The notes under the pieces: generated by a model
Seen by the model: the letters and a program-made list of their open reading frames with translations, nothing else
The model's database searches: none
Told to the model about the DNA's origin: nothing
Shown here: piece by piece, positions 17,331-25,310 of the stretch
How the letters are laid out: each line of letters starts with the position of its first letter
How positions within the stretch are numbered: the stretch's first letter is position 1
Assembly (NCBI GenBank): GCA_027340875.1
Contig: DAIENX010000007.1
Coordinates: forward strand, 10,750-74,749
Reading direction: 5' to 3'
DNA: 64,000 nt
Origin: Elusimicrobiota bacterium
GTDB taxonomy: Bacteria > Elusimicrobiota > Elusimicrobia > Elusimicrobiales > UBA9959
Position numbers and translations under genes: made by a program

Positions 17331-18245
17331 TTATAACGTCCCGAGCCCGCTGACGCCGTGGATCTCGAGGTACTCCGGCCAGACCCCGCCGCAGTAATCC
17401 CTGACCCGGCAGCCGGAGCAGAGCGGCGGGAACACCTTGCCCGCGTCCGACCGGCGGCTGGTCCTGCCGAGGGCCGCCTCCACGCACCTCTCCGTGCGCT
17501 CGTGCCAGCCGCCCACGCAGAGCGGCAGGCCGCAGACTGGATTATTGACCACCAGCCCCTTTTTTTCCGCCAGCGAGAGCGCCGCCTCCACGTAAGGGGA
17601 CAGCGCCGCGTAATCGGGCACCAGGCGCGGATCGGCCTTGGCGCGCCCCCGCGGCTGCACCACGGACAGCGAGACCGTCCTGACGGCCGGGAAGCGCCTG
17701 GAAACGAAATCGATGTACCTGGCGGCGCCGCGGTAGTTGCGCGAGCACAGCACCGGGTTCAGTATCACCTCGAGCCCGCAGGCCAGCAAATTGTCTATCC
17801 CTTTCAGGCAGAGGGCATGGGAGCCGGGGACTCCGGTTATACCGTCGTGCACGCGCGCCGAATGGCTGTGCAGCGAGACGAAGGCGCTCGTCGCCCCGGC
17901 CCTGGCCGCGGCGGCCGCCAGCGCCCGGTCCGCGAAGCAGACGGCGTTGGTCTGCACGTCCACCTTCGCGGCCTTCTTCGCCCGGTAAAGCTTTATCAGG
18001 GCGGGCAGGCCCTTGTAGAGCCCGGGCTCCCCGCCGCTTATGGAGATGCGCGCTCCCGGCCTGACGCCGGCCAGCAGGGCCGACCTCATCGCGTTACGCA
18101 GCGCGCGGTCGTCGCGCCGCCGCTCCTCCGGCCGGCGGTCCACGTTGCAGAACACGCAGTTCTCGTTGCAGGCGTAGCCGAGCCTCACCAGTTCGTACGG
18201 GATGTCCTCCCTGGGGTCGTAGCCTTTCTTAGCCTTAGAGCGCAT
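17331..18245 (-). CDS. Radical SAM protein, CX2CX5CX3W family paralogue
   Basis: LGYACNENCVFC, ISGGEPGLYKGL, QTNA, SLHSHSARVHDGITGVPGS. C-terminal CSGCRVRDYCGGVWPEYLEIHG. The start is taken at ATG 18245 (11-nt overlap with the upstream gene). The ATG at 18272 is possible. Confidence 0.85.
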   Translation of the reverse strand: MRSKAKKGYDPREDIPYELVRLGYACNENCVFCNVDRRPEERRRDDRALRNAMRSALLAGVRPGARISISGGEPGLYKGLPALIKLYRAKKAAKVDVQTNAVCFADRALAAAAARAGATSAFVSLHSHSARVHDGITGVPGSHALCLKGIDNLLACGLEVILNPVLCSRNYRGAARYIDFVSRRFPAVRTVSLSVVQPRGRAKADPRLVPDYAALSPYVEAALSLAEKKGLVVNNPVCGLPLCVGGWHERTERCVEAALGRTSRRSDAGKVFPPLCSGCRVRDYCGGVWPEYLEIHGVSGLGTL

Positions 18246-19122
18246 GGAATTCCGAGTCCCCGTAGGTTTCAAGATATTTGGCGTACACCCCGCCGCAGAC
18301 CGCCAGCTTCGAACAGGCCCGGCAGCAGCGCAGGGCCGTCTTTTCCCGGTGGCCGTCCACGGAGCGGCCGCGGCGGCGCAGCATCTCGGTGCGCCGCATC
18401 GCGAACTCGCAGGCGCCCGCCGGCACGCGCGGCAGGGCGGCGCAGAGCGGCACGTCCCAGAGGCGCAGGCTTCGCGGCCAGCGGCCGCGCGCGGGCGCCA
18501 GCTCCTCCACCAGCCTGGAATACCTGACCGAGAGCTTTTTCCAGTCCTTCAGCGCCCGGCCGAACGGCAGCAGTCCGTGGAAGACGATGTTCCTGAGGCC
18601 GCGCAGCGAGAGGAAGAAGTCCCGCAGCTCCCCGAGGCCGTCTATGTTCAGCGCGTTGACCGTGGCGTTCACCGAGACCTGCACCGGCGAGCCCTTCGGC
18701 CGCAGCGAAAGCAGGTTCGACAGGCCGCGCACGGTCTGCGCCCAGCTTCCCGCCGCCCCCGTTATGGCGTCATGCACTTCCGGTCTGGCCCCGTGCAGCG
18801 AGACTATCACCTCGCTGGCGCCCGAGGCCAGCAGTTTGGAGCAGTAATCCCTGTAGGCCAGCATCCTGCCGTTGGTTATGACGGAGATGCCGCTGCAGCC
18901 CAGCCGCGCGGCCTCCCCTATCAGGGCCGGCAGGTCCGGGTTCAGCGTGGGCTCTCCGGAGGTGAAGACCAGCCGGCGCCCCCTCGCGGGCGCCCGAAGC
19001 CCGTCCACGGCGCCGCCGCCCCGGCGGCGGCCGCGGCCGGAGACGTCGGTGCAGAAGACGCAGTTATTGTTGCACTCCGAAGAGGAGGCCGCGTAGAGGA
19101 CTTTCCCTGCCGCCTTAGTCAT
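18235..19122 (-). CDS. Radical SAM protein, CX2CX5CX3Y family paralogue
   Basis: The track's 676-aa ORF is an out-of-frame read-through of the upstream gene. The real start is ATG 19122, an ATGA overlap with the NifD-like stop. MTKAAGKVLYAASSSECNNNCVFC, TSGEPTLNPDL, ITNG, SLHGARPEVHDAITGAAGSW. C-terminal CRACSKLAVCGGVYAKYLETYG. Confidence 0.85.
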   Translation of the reverse strand: MTKAAGKVLYAASSSECNNNCVFCTDVSGRGRRRGGGAVDGLRAPARGRRLVFTSGEPTLNPDLPALIGEAARLGCSGISVITNGRMLAYRDYCSKLLASGASEVIVSLHGARPEVHDAITGAAGSWAQTVRGLSNLLSLRPKGSPVQVSVNATVNALNIDGLGELRDFFLSLRGLRNIVFHGLLPFGRALKDWKKLSVRYSRLVEELAPARGRWPRSLRLWDVPLCAALPRVPAGACEFAMRRTEMLRRRGRSVDGHREKTALRCCRACSKLAVCGGVYAKYLETYGDSEFHAL

Positions 19123-20408
19123 GCGCTCCTCGCCGCGTTGAACATCCGCTGCACCAGGTTCACGGCTCCGGAGAAGCCCAGGAAAGGCTCCGGCCGCAGC
19201 GCGTGGTACCTGTAGGACGGGAAACCCAGGTCCATGCCGGGCAGCCCCAGCAGGGCCGAGCGCCGGCCTACGCTGCTGGATACCAGCAGGTCGCAGCGCC
19301 CGCCGGAGAAAAGCTCCTCTATGGCCCGCCCGTAGGCGAGCACGGGGAAATCCCTCAGCACCGGTCTCCCCGGGAAAGCCGCCTCGGCCGAGGCCCATTT
19401 GCCTCCGGAGCAGGTCAGGAACACTCCGGCCACGCCCATGCCCAGCTCGGCCGCGAAGGCGCAGACCGCCTTTCCCAGGTACGGGTCGCCGGTGAAGCAG
19501 AGCCTTTTCCCGGCCAGCGCGCCGCCCACCGCGGTGCGGGCCAGCGAATGGGCCCCGGAGAGCTCCTCGGCTATGATCGCGTCCGCTTTCACGGCGGAGA
19601 TTCCGGCGGCGCCGGCGGCGGCTTTCAGCCAGGCCGCCGAGGCGGCCAGCCCCAGCGGCAGCTCCAGCTCCAGCAGCCTGGCGCCGGTCCTGCGGGCCAG
19701 CGTCGCGGCCGCGCCGCGCGCGTAAGGCAGGGAGATGATCAGGCCGGCCTGCTCCGCTTCCTTCAGGGAGGCGTAATCGCTCCCTCCGGGCCAGGCGCAG
19801 ACCAGGTCCAGCCCGGCCAGCGCCAGCATGCGGCGCAGCTCCGCGAGGTTGCCGGTCTGGTCGCCCTCGTTGCGGTCCATGAAATGCCCCACTACGGCGA
19901 CCTTGCCGCGCCGGCCGGCGCCCTTCTTCAGCGGCATGTCCGCGGCCATCCTTTCCAGCGCCAGCGCGTAGCCGTCCAGGTAGTCGAAGTCCAGCGCGTT
20001 GGCCGAGGCGCTCACCACCCTGGTGCCGCGCCGCCCCGTCAGCGAGGCGGCCAGCTTCCCGTAATCCCTCCCGGTGAGCGTCATGACCGGCAGCGAGGAG
20101 AGCAGCACCACGCCCGCGCGGCCGCACAGCGCGTCGGCGCGGGCCTCGGCGCCGGAGCTGTCGCCGGCTATTATCTCCCCGGCGTGGGAACCGGTATGCA
20201 GCACGCGGCTGTCGCCGCGGCAGTCCAGCAGCGTGGAGAACAGGTCGTGGGAGCCGTGCACGCACTCGGCCTTGCGCGTCACGCAGTCCGTGCCGTCCAC
20301 CACCGCGTAGGCGTCCGAGACGGCGTTGACGGCGAGGTACAGACCCGTCAGGAAGGACGGCGTGCAGCTCTCTCCCCTGTCCGGGGTATCAGTTCTCTTT
20401 TCTGCCAT
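19119..20408 (-). CDS. Nitrogenase component-1-type oxidoreductase family protein (NifD/NifE/BchN-like)
   Basis: Size is 429 aa. The N-terminal Cys pair SC(15)TPSFLTGLYLAVNAVSDAYAVVDGTDC(42)V has spacing like the BchN-type cluster ligands. The overall layout resembles three Rossmann-like domains (KVAVVGH, LISLPYARG, KRLCFTGDP). The start overlaps the upstream fusion gene by 20 nt. Where the third Cys ligand is expected the sequence reads LSSLPVMT. Confidence 0.8.
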   Translation of the reverse strand: MAEKRTDTPDRGESCTPSFLTGLYLAVNAVSDAYAVVDGTDCVTRKAECVHGSHDLFSTLLDCRGDSRVLHTGSHAGEIIAGDSSGAEARADALCGRAGVVLLSSLPVMTLTGRDYGKLAASLTGRRGTRVVSASANALDFDYLDGYALALERMAADMPLKKGAGRRGKVAVVGHFMDRNEGDQTGNLAELRRMLALAGLDLVCAWPGGSDYASLKEAEQAGLIISLPYARGAAATLARRTGARLLELELPLGLAASAAWLKAAAGAAGISAVKADAIIAEELSGAHSLARTAVGGALAGKRLCFTGDPYLGKAVCAFAAELGMGVAGVFLTCSGGKWASAEAAFPGRPVLRDFPVLAYGRAIEELFSGGRCDLLVSSSVGRRSALLGLPGMDLGFPSYRYHALRPEPFLGFSGAVNLVQRMFNAARSA

Positions 20409-22605
20409 AGCTAGCGAAATCCGACCCGCAGACGGCCAGGATGGTCTCCAGCGTCCTGCAGGCCCCGGCGAAGCCGGGCCTGAACATGTCCAGCGAGACC
20501 TGCGCCTTGCCGGCGTCGGAGACCCGGTAGTCGCAGGAGAAATCGCTCCAGACCGCGGAGATCGCCGGGGAAGCCAGCCTTCGGCGCAGCTCGGCCTCTC
20601 CGGAGAACGCCGCCGTTCTCATATTGAAGGCGGACAGCGGGCCGGAGAACCTCTTCAGGGCCTTCTTCTCCGGGGCGTATACCAGCAGCTCCAGGCCGAA
20701 GCCGGCCTCCGCCAGGAAGGCGGCCGGCGGCACCCCGGCGGAGCGGGCCGGCGTGAATATCCGCTCCAGGTCCGCCTCGCCGGCGACGAAAGCTATCCTC
20801 TTGCCGGCCGCGCGCGCCTTCAGCGCCTTCCATTCCCCAGCGCTGGCGGCCATCGCCGCCCGAACGGTACCGGCCGCCGCCTTGGAGCGGCCGGCCAGCG
20901 CGGCCGCCTCGAGCAGCCAGGCGGCCGTGGCGGAAAATCCGTAGGGCGAGGGCGGGCGCCTGAGACGCTTCTTCCAGCGCCCGCTGAAAGCGGCCTCCAG
21001 CCTGTCGTAGATGAAAGAATCGCTGAGCAGGGCGCTGCCGGCCGACCGCAGGGCCTCGAGGGACTCCCCGTCGTATTCCGGCAGCAGCCAGAACGCCTTT
21101 ACGCCGGCGGAAGAGAGTATGCCGTCCAGCTCCTTAAGGCCGGCCCCGCCGTAGCCGAGCAGAACGGCAGCGTTGGCGGGCAGCCGGAAGCGGCGCCGGC
21201 CGTCCCGCCTGGCGTAGGCGCGGAAGAAGCCCAGCAGCTCGCCGGGCACGGAGCAGCCGTCCAGGCAGGTGGAGCTGACCACCACCGGCACGCCGCTGGC
21301 CTTCTCGGCCTCGCCGGCCAGCTTCCGCACGTCCTCGCCCATAGCGTAAGGTACGCAGCCGTTGGTCATGAAGATATAATCCGGCCTTCCTCCGGCCAGG
21401 TCCGCGGCGATATCCCTTATGCGGCCGCCGCTGCCGAGTATCACTTCCCCTGTGCCCAGCGCGCTGGAGCTCCTGGTGGAGCCGGCTTCCGGGTGCAGCT
21501 CGCTGCCGGGCAGCAGGCTGGCGGGACCGCGCAGGAACGGGACCTTCTCGCTCTCCTCCAGCCGCTCCTGGCTGTAGGCGCATTCCCTGTCCTCGTGGGC
21601 CAGGAAAGCCTGCCGCCCGGTGTAGCGTACCAGCCCGGTGCCGGAGAAGACGGCGTCCGAGAAGAAGCGGCGCCAGCCGTCGCCGGCGCCCGAGGGCGGC
21701 CTGGCGGGCGAGGAGATCTTGAAGGACGCCCCGCAGGCCTCCGGCGCGTGGCAGGCAGCGGGCACGTCGGGCGGGGCGGCCGGAAGCACGCGCGGCTTCT
21801 TCCCGCGGCCGGAGAGCAGCGGCAGCAGTATCCTGCCGTCCACCGGCCGCGGCAGGGAGCCGGCGGCATCGGAAGCGTCCAGGCCGGCCTTTATCCTCCT
21901 GACCGCCGCGGCGAAAGGCGAGCGCGGGGCCAGGCGCACCACCGCGGCCCCGGCGGCTTCGGCCTCCCTGACCGCCGGGTCCAAAGGACAGCGGGCCAGT
22001 ATGCCGGCCTTTATCAGCGCGGCGAACTTGTCCACGGCGCCGCCGCGGCCGCCGTCCGCGCCGTTGGCCACCAGCCCCATCAGGCCGGCGCCGCTGCCGG
22101 CGTGCACGGTCATCGCGCGGGCTATGTTGTTGGCGGCGTAGAGTGACATCAGGTCTTCCGAGACCACTATCAGCACCTTGCGCCCGAAGCCTTTTCTCAG
22201 CGGCACGGCGAAGCCGCCGCAGACTATGTCGCCCAGCACGTCGAAGATCACCGCGTCGTAGTCGGCGGCCACCTTCTCGCGGGCGGATTCCAGCAGCTCG
22301 AAGGTCTTCAGCAGGCCCATGCCGGCGCAACCCTCTCCCGGAGCGGGGCCGCCGGCCTCCAGGCAGTCCACGCCCCTGCCTGTCCTGTAGATCAGCTTCT
22401 CCAGCGTCGGGCGGCCGCCGCGCAGCGCCTCCACCACGGTCGGGATGCCCTCGCCGCCTGTCAGCAGCAGCGCGGAATCGCTCTTCGGGTCGCAGCCCAC
22501 GTGCAGGACCCGCTTGCCCTCCATGGCGTACAGCTCGCTGAGGTTGGCTGCTATGGTGGATTTGCCTATCCCGCCCTTGCCCAGGATGACGATGCGCTCA
22601 GACAT
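20389..22605 (-). CDS. Fusion protein: NifH/BchL/CfbC-type Fe-protein ATPase (N-terminal) plus a nitrogenase component-1-like (NifK/BchB-like) domain (C-terminal)
   Basis: The N-terminal ~250 aa carry the P-loop ILGKGGIGKST, switch I GCDPKSDS, and both 4Fe-4S Cys ligand contexts (GEGCAGMG and DVLGDIVCGGFAVP). A Pro/Ala/Arg-rich linker contains CHAPEAC. The C-terminal ~400 aa carry component-1-like motifs (DYIFMTNGCVPYAMGEDV, VPVVVSSTC, KRIAFVAGE). Confidence 0.9.
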   Translation of the reverse strand: MSERIVILGKGGIGKSTIAANLSELYAMEGKRVLHVGCDPKSDSALLLTGGEGIPTVVEALRGGRPTLEKLIYRTGRGVDCLEAGGPAPGEGCAGMGLLKTFELLESAREKVAADYDAVIFDVLGDIVCGGFAVPLRKGFGRKVLIVVSEDLMSLYAANNIARAMTVHAGSGAGLMGLVANGADGGRGGAVDKFAALIKAGILARCPLDPAVREAEAAGAAVVRLAPRSPFAAAVRRIKAGLDASDAAGSLPRPVDGRILLPLLSGRGKKPRVLPAAPPDVPAACHAPEACGASFKISSPARPPSGAGDGWRRFFSDAVFSGTGLVRYTGRQAFLAHEDRECAYSQERLEESEKVPFLRGPASLLPGSELHPEAGSTRSSSALGTGEVILGSGGRIRDIAADLAGGRPDYIFMTNGCVPYAMGEDVRKLAGEAEKASGVPVVVSSTCLDGCSVPGELLGFFRAYARRDGRRRFRLPANAAVLLGYGGAGLKELDGILSSAGVKAFWLLPEYDGESLEALRSAGSALLSDSFIYDRLEAAFSGRWKKRLRRPPSPYGFSATAAWLLEAAALAGRSKAAAGTVRAAMAASAGEWKALKARAAGKRIAFVAGEADLERIFTPARSAGVPPAAFLAEAGFGLELLVYAPEKKALKRFSGPLSAFNMRTAAFSGEAELRRRLASPAISAVWSDFSCDYRVSDAGKAQVSLDMFRPGFAGACRTLETILAVCGSDFASYGRKEN

Positions 22606-23617
22606 GTCCCACCGCCTCTCCCGCGGCCGGCCGGGCGCGCAGTATCCGGGCCGCGGCGGCCGCGGGGATGGGGCGCAGTTCGCCGTCGCCGAACCTGTCG
22701 AGGTAGGCCCCGAAGACCCCGGCGCAGCGGTCCGCCAGCGCGCAGCCCGAGCAGCGCTCCGTCCTCGTCCGCTTCAGCGGCGGGACCACGCTCTTCTTAA
22801 CCGAGAGCACGTTCTCCTTCAGGTAGGAGCGCCCGCGCTCCAGCACGAGCCGCGGGGAGAAGAGCAGGTCGTTGGAGAAAGGGGCCAGCGGGCCCAGCGC
22901 GCAGAAAGGGGCCCCGGAGACGACCAGGCGGGCGCCGTTGGCGCGTATGGTCCCGGCGGCTGAACGCACGGCGCGCGCGAAGTCCGGCAGCCTCACGGTC
23001 AGGCTCCCGTAGGAGGAGCGCACGTTCCCCCACGGTATCAGCTGCGACATCATGTAGACCCCCGGCCGGCCGCGGGAGAAGACGTACTTCGCTATGTCCG
23101 CCGTTCTCCCGGAGTTGAGGGAGCAGACCACGGTGTGGCACATGAACAGCTTGAGCTTCCCGAAGCGTTCCACGTTCGAAAAGACCTTTTCGACCGTGGA
23201 GAAGGCGGACGGCATCCGCGTGACGGCGCGCGCCAGTCCCTCTTCGTTCCAGTGCACAGAGAGGCAGAGTTCGTCGATGTCCGGCAGCAGCCGTGCCGCC
23301 GCCGCGGGGTCGGCCAGTCCCGTGCCGTCGGTGGTGACCTGCACCGAGTAGCCCAGCAGCTTGGCTATGCGCAGTATGCGCCCGAACTGCGGATGCACGG
23401 TGGGCTCCCCGCCCAGCAGCGTCAGGTGCCCGGCGCCGCCGCTCCGGAGCTTCTTCATTATCGAGCAGGCCTCCGCGAGCGGCATGAAGCCGCCGCCGGA
23501 GCGCAGGCTGCGCGCCTCGCAGCAGAAGACGCAGCGGCGGCGGCAGACCTTGGAGATCCGCAGCTCGGCCCGCTCCCCGGCGGCGCCGGGGGCGCTCAGT
23601 AGGTCCTCTCCGTGCAT
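22598..23617 (-). CDS. Radical SAM protein, CX2CX5CX3F family paralogue
   Basis: ISKVCRRRCVFCCE, LLGGEPTVHPQF, TTDG, SVHWNEEGLARAV. C-terminal CSGCALADRCAGVFGAYLDRFG. The start is taken at ATG 23617 (22-nt overlap with the upstream gene). Its stop overlaps the NifH-fusion start by 8 nt. Confidence 0.8.
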   Translation of the reverse strand: MHGEDLLSAPGAAGERAELRISKVCRRRCVFCCEARSLRSGGGFMPLAEACSIMKKLRSGGAGHLTLLGGEPTVHPQFGRILRIAKLLGYSVQVTTDGTGLADPAAAARLLPDIDELCLSVHWNEEGLARAVTRMPSAFSTVEKVFSNVERFGKLKLFMCHTVVCSLNSGRTADIAKYVFSRGRPGVYMMSQLIPWGNVRSSYGSLTVRLPDFARAVRSAAGTIRANGARLVVSGAPFCALGPLAPFSNDLLFSPRLVLERGRSYLKENVLSVKKSVVPPLKRTRTERCSGCALADRCAGVFGAYLDRFGDGELRPIPAAAAARILRARPAAGEAVGHV

Positions 23618-24327
23618 ATGTTGTACTTCACGTAATTGGGCGCGCGGTCCTCGCGCACCCGGCTGTCCACGGCCCGCTGCTTCCGCGGCCTGGCCCCGTC
23701 CGGCCTGAGCGCGGCGTAGTCCACGTGCGTGTCCGTCTCGTTCTCCTTGAGGTCCCAGACCGCGCATTTCAGCCCGAGCGCCATCATCCCGGAGACGGTC
23801 TCCTTTATCCTGCCCTGGTTGGCCTTCAGGCGCAGCGTGTGCATCTCTATCCTAGTGCCGGGAAAGGACTTTATGTTCTTTATGGCCTTCAGCAGGGCCG
23901 CGTAGCTGCCTTTCTTCCTGGTCACGGCGTCGTGCACGGCCGCGTCCGGCCCGTAGACCGGCAGCAGGAAGGCGTTGACCCCGGCCGCGACCAGCGCGGC
24001 CGTCAGCCGGCGGCTGCGCAGCTTGACGCCGTTCGACATCAGCTCTATATAGGCGAAGCCTTCCTTCACTCCCATCCTGACCACGGACTCCAGCAGCCAC
24101 GCGGGGGCCATCGTGGGCTCGTCGCCGCCGAGGCAGAGCCGCCTGACTCCGCGCCGGCGGAGCACCCGCATCAGCGCGAGGAAGCGTATCAGCACCTCGC
24201 GCCACCGCTCCTCGGTGAAGGTGAAGGAGGTCTTGTGCGGGTGCCTGTTCCGCTGGCAGAAGACGCAGTCGATGTCGCAGCCGAACGGGAACGCCAGCAG
24301 CAGCTTGTCCTCCTTCCTGGCGTTCAT
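23596..24327 (-). CDS. Short radical SAM protein without a C-terminal Cys motif
   Basis: The ATG at 24327 makes an ATGA overlap with the upstream stop. MNARKEDKLLLAFPFGCDIDCVFC (CX3CX2C), LGGDEPTMAP, MSNG, PVYGPDAAVHDAVTRKKGSY. Size is 243 aa. Confidence 0.75.
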   Translation of the reverse strand: MNARKEDKLLLAFPFGCDIDCVFCQRNRHPHKTSFTFTEERWREVLIRFLALMRVLRRRGVRRLCLGGDEPTMAPAWLLESVVRMGVKEGFAYIELMSNGVKLRSRRLTAALVAAGVNAFLLPVYGPDAAVHDAVTRKKGSYAALLKAIKNIKSFPGTRIEMHTLRLKANQGRIKETVSGMMALGLKCAVWDLKENETDTHVDYAALRPDGARPRKQRAVDSRVREDRAPNYVKYNICTERTY

Positions 24328-25310
24328 GCGGCCTTCACCTCCGTTATGGGACGGAAGAAAGGGGCCTGCTCCGGGAAGGCCTCGAGATACTTCCGGAAGA
24401 TGCCTCCGCAGGAGCGCCGCAGCGCGCAGCGGCCGCAGGACTTCAGATAGACGCGCCGCCGCGTCGGGCGCAGCGAGACCGTCTCCTTCAGGCCGGCGCG
24501 CCCGCCGGGGAGCGCCGCCCTCTCCACGGTCAGCCGCGGCGAGTAGTAGAGGTCGTTGGAAAGGTCGTAATGACCGTTCAGCGAACAGGCCGGCGCGCCG
24601 AAGAAGCGCAGCGTCACGCCGAACAGCGCGGCCTGCTCCCGCAGGTCCCCTATGCGCCGGCCTATGGCGGTGAGGTCCGGAGCCAGCGAGGCGTAGTCCT
24701 CGCAGGCGCCGCCCTCCGGGGCCGGGTTGGAGATCATGTAATGCCGGACGAACCCAGAGCGGGAGACCAGGCGCAGGATGTCCGAGACCAGCTTGAAGTT
24801 CTTTTTGACGGCCACGGTGTTGACCATCAGGAACAGCCTGCCGCCGCCGGCCTTGCCCAGGTTGTCCAGCGCGGCCATGGCGTCGTCGAAGCTGCCCTTC
24901 CTGCCGGTCAGCGCGTCGTGTATCTTGGCCGTAGGTCCGTGGCAGGAGAGCATGGCCTCGTCCAGCAGCGGCGCGGTACGGCGGACGAAAGCGGGATCGG
25001 CGAAGGCGAGGCCGTTGGTGGTGACGCTGGTCCTGAACCCAAGCGCCCTGGCCGCACCGAGGGCGGCCGGCAGCGCGGCGCACAACGACGGCTCTCCTCC
25101 GGTGAAAGTGACGTGGGAGAAGCCGGCCCTGCGTTTCTCGCGCAGGATGCCTGCTATCTCCGACCCCGTCAGGTCCAGCGAGCCGAACCGGCGCAGCCTG
25201 TTCCGCTCGCTGCAGAACAGACAGCTGTTCTCGCAGGTGTAGGAAACGTGTATCTCCAGCCGCTCCACCGCGGCTTTCTTCGCTCCAGCGCCGTGTACCG
25301 TTCGGCTCAT
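24324..25310 (-). CDS. Radical SAM protein, CX2CX5CX3F family paralogue
   Basis: The ATG at 25310 makes an ATGA overlap with the upstream stop. HVSYTCENSCLFC, FTGGEPSLCAAL, TTNG, SCHGPTAKIHDALTGRKGSF. C-terminal CGRCALRRSCGGIFRKYLEAF. Confidence 0.85.
   Translation of the reverse strand: MSRTVHGAGAKKAAVERLEIHVSYTCENSCLFCSERNRLRRFGSLDLTGSEIAGILREKRRAGFSHVTFTGGEPSLCAALPAALGAARALGFRTSVTTNGLAFADPAFVRRTAPLLDEAMLSCHGPTAKIHDALTGRKGSFDDAMAALDNLGKAGGGRLFLMVNTVAVKKNFKLVSDILRLVSRSGFVRHYMISNPAPEGGACEDYASLAPDLTAIGRRIGDLREQAALFGVTLRFFGAPACSLNGHYDLSNDLYYSPRLTVERAALPGGRAGLKETVSLRPTRRRVYLKSCGRCALRRSCGGIFRKYLEAFPEQAPFFRPITEVKAA

Noticed and set aside
18235-20265. A 676-aa ORF in the track that suggests a very large protein.
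   Set aside because: The first ~380 residues are an Arg/Gly-rich out-of-frame read through the NifD-like gene. A clean rSAM N-terminus (MTKAAGKVLYAASSSECNNNCVFC) begins at ATG 19122 in an ATGA overlap with the upstream stop. The same 5'-over-extension applies to the track ORFs at 8804-9982, 13385-14374, 16399-17487, 22598-23767, 23596-25083, 24324-25373, 25307-26716, 37809-39236, 51013-53697 and 55504-56250.
19119-22605. I considered whether this is a genuine N2-fixing nitrogenase (nifHDK).
   Set aside because: The component-1-like sequences are short (429 aa, and a domain of about 400 aa). They lack the three-plus-three Cys pattern expected for a P-cluster. No nifB, nifE, nifN or nifV-like genes are present. 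The Fe-protein is fused to a catalytic-type subunit. The pair is better described as a nitrogenase-like paralogue of unknown substrate.
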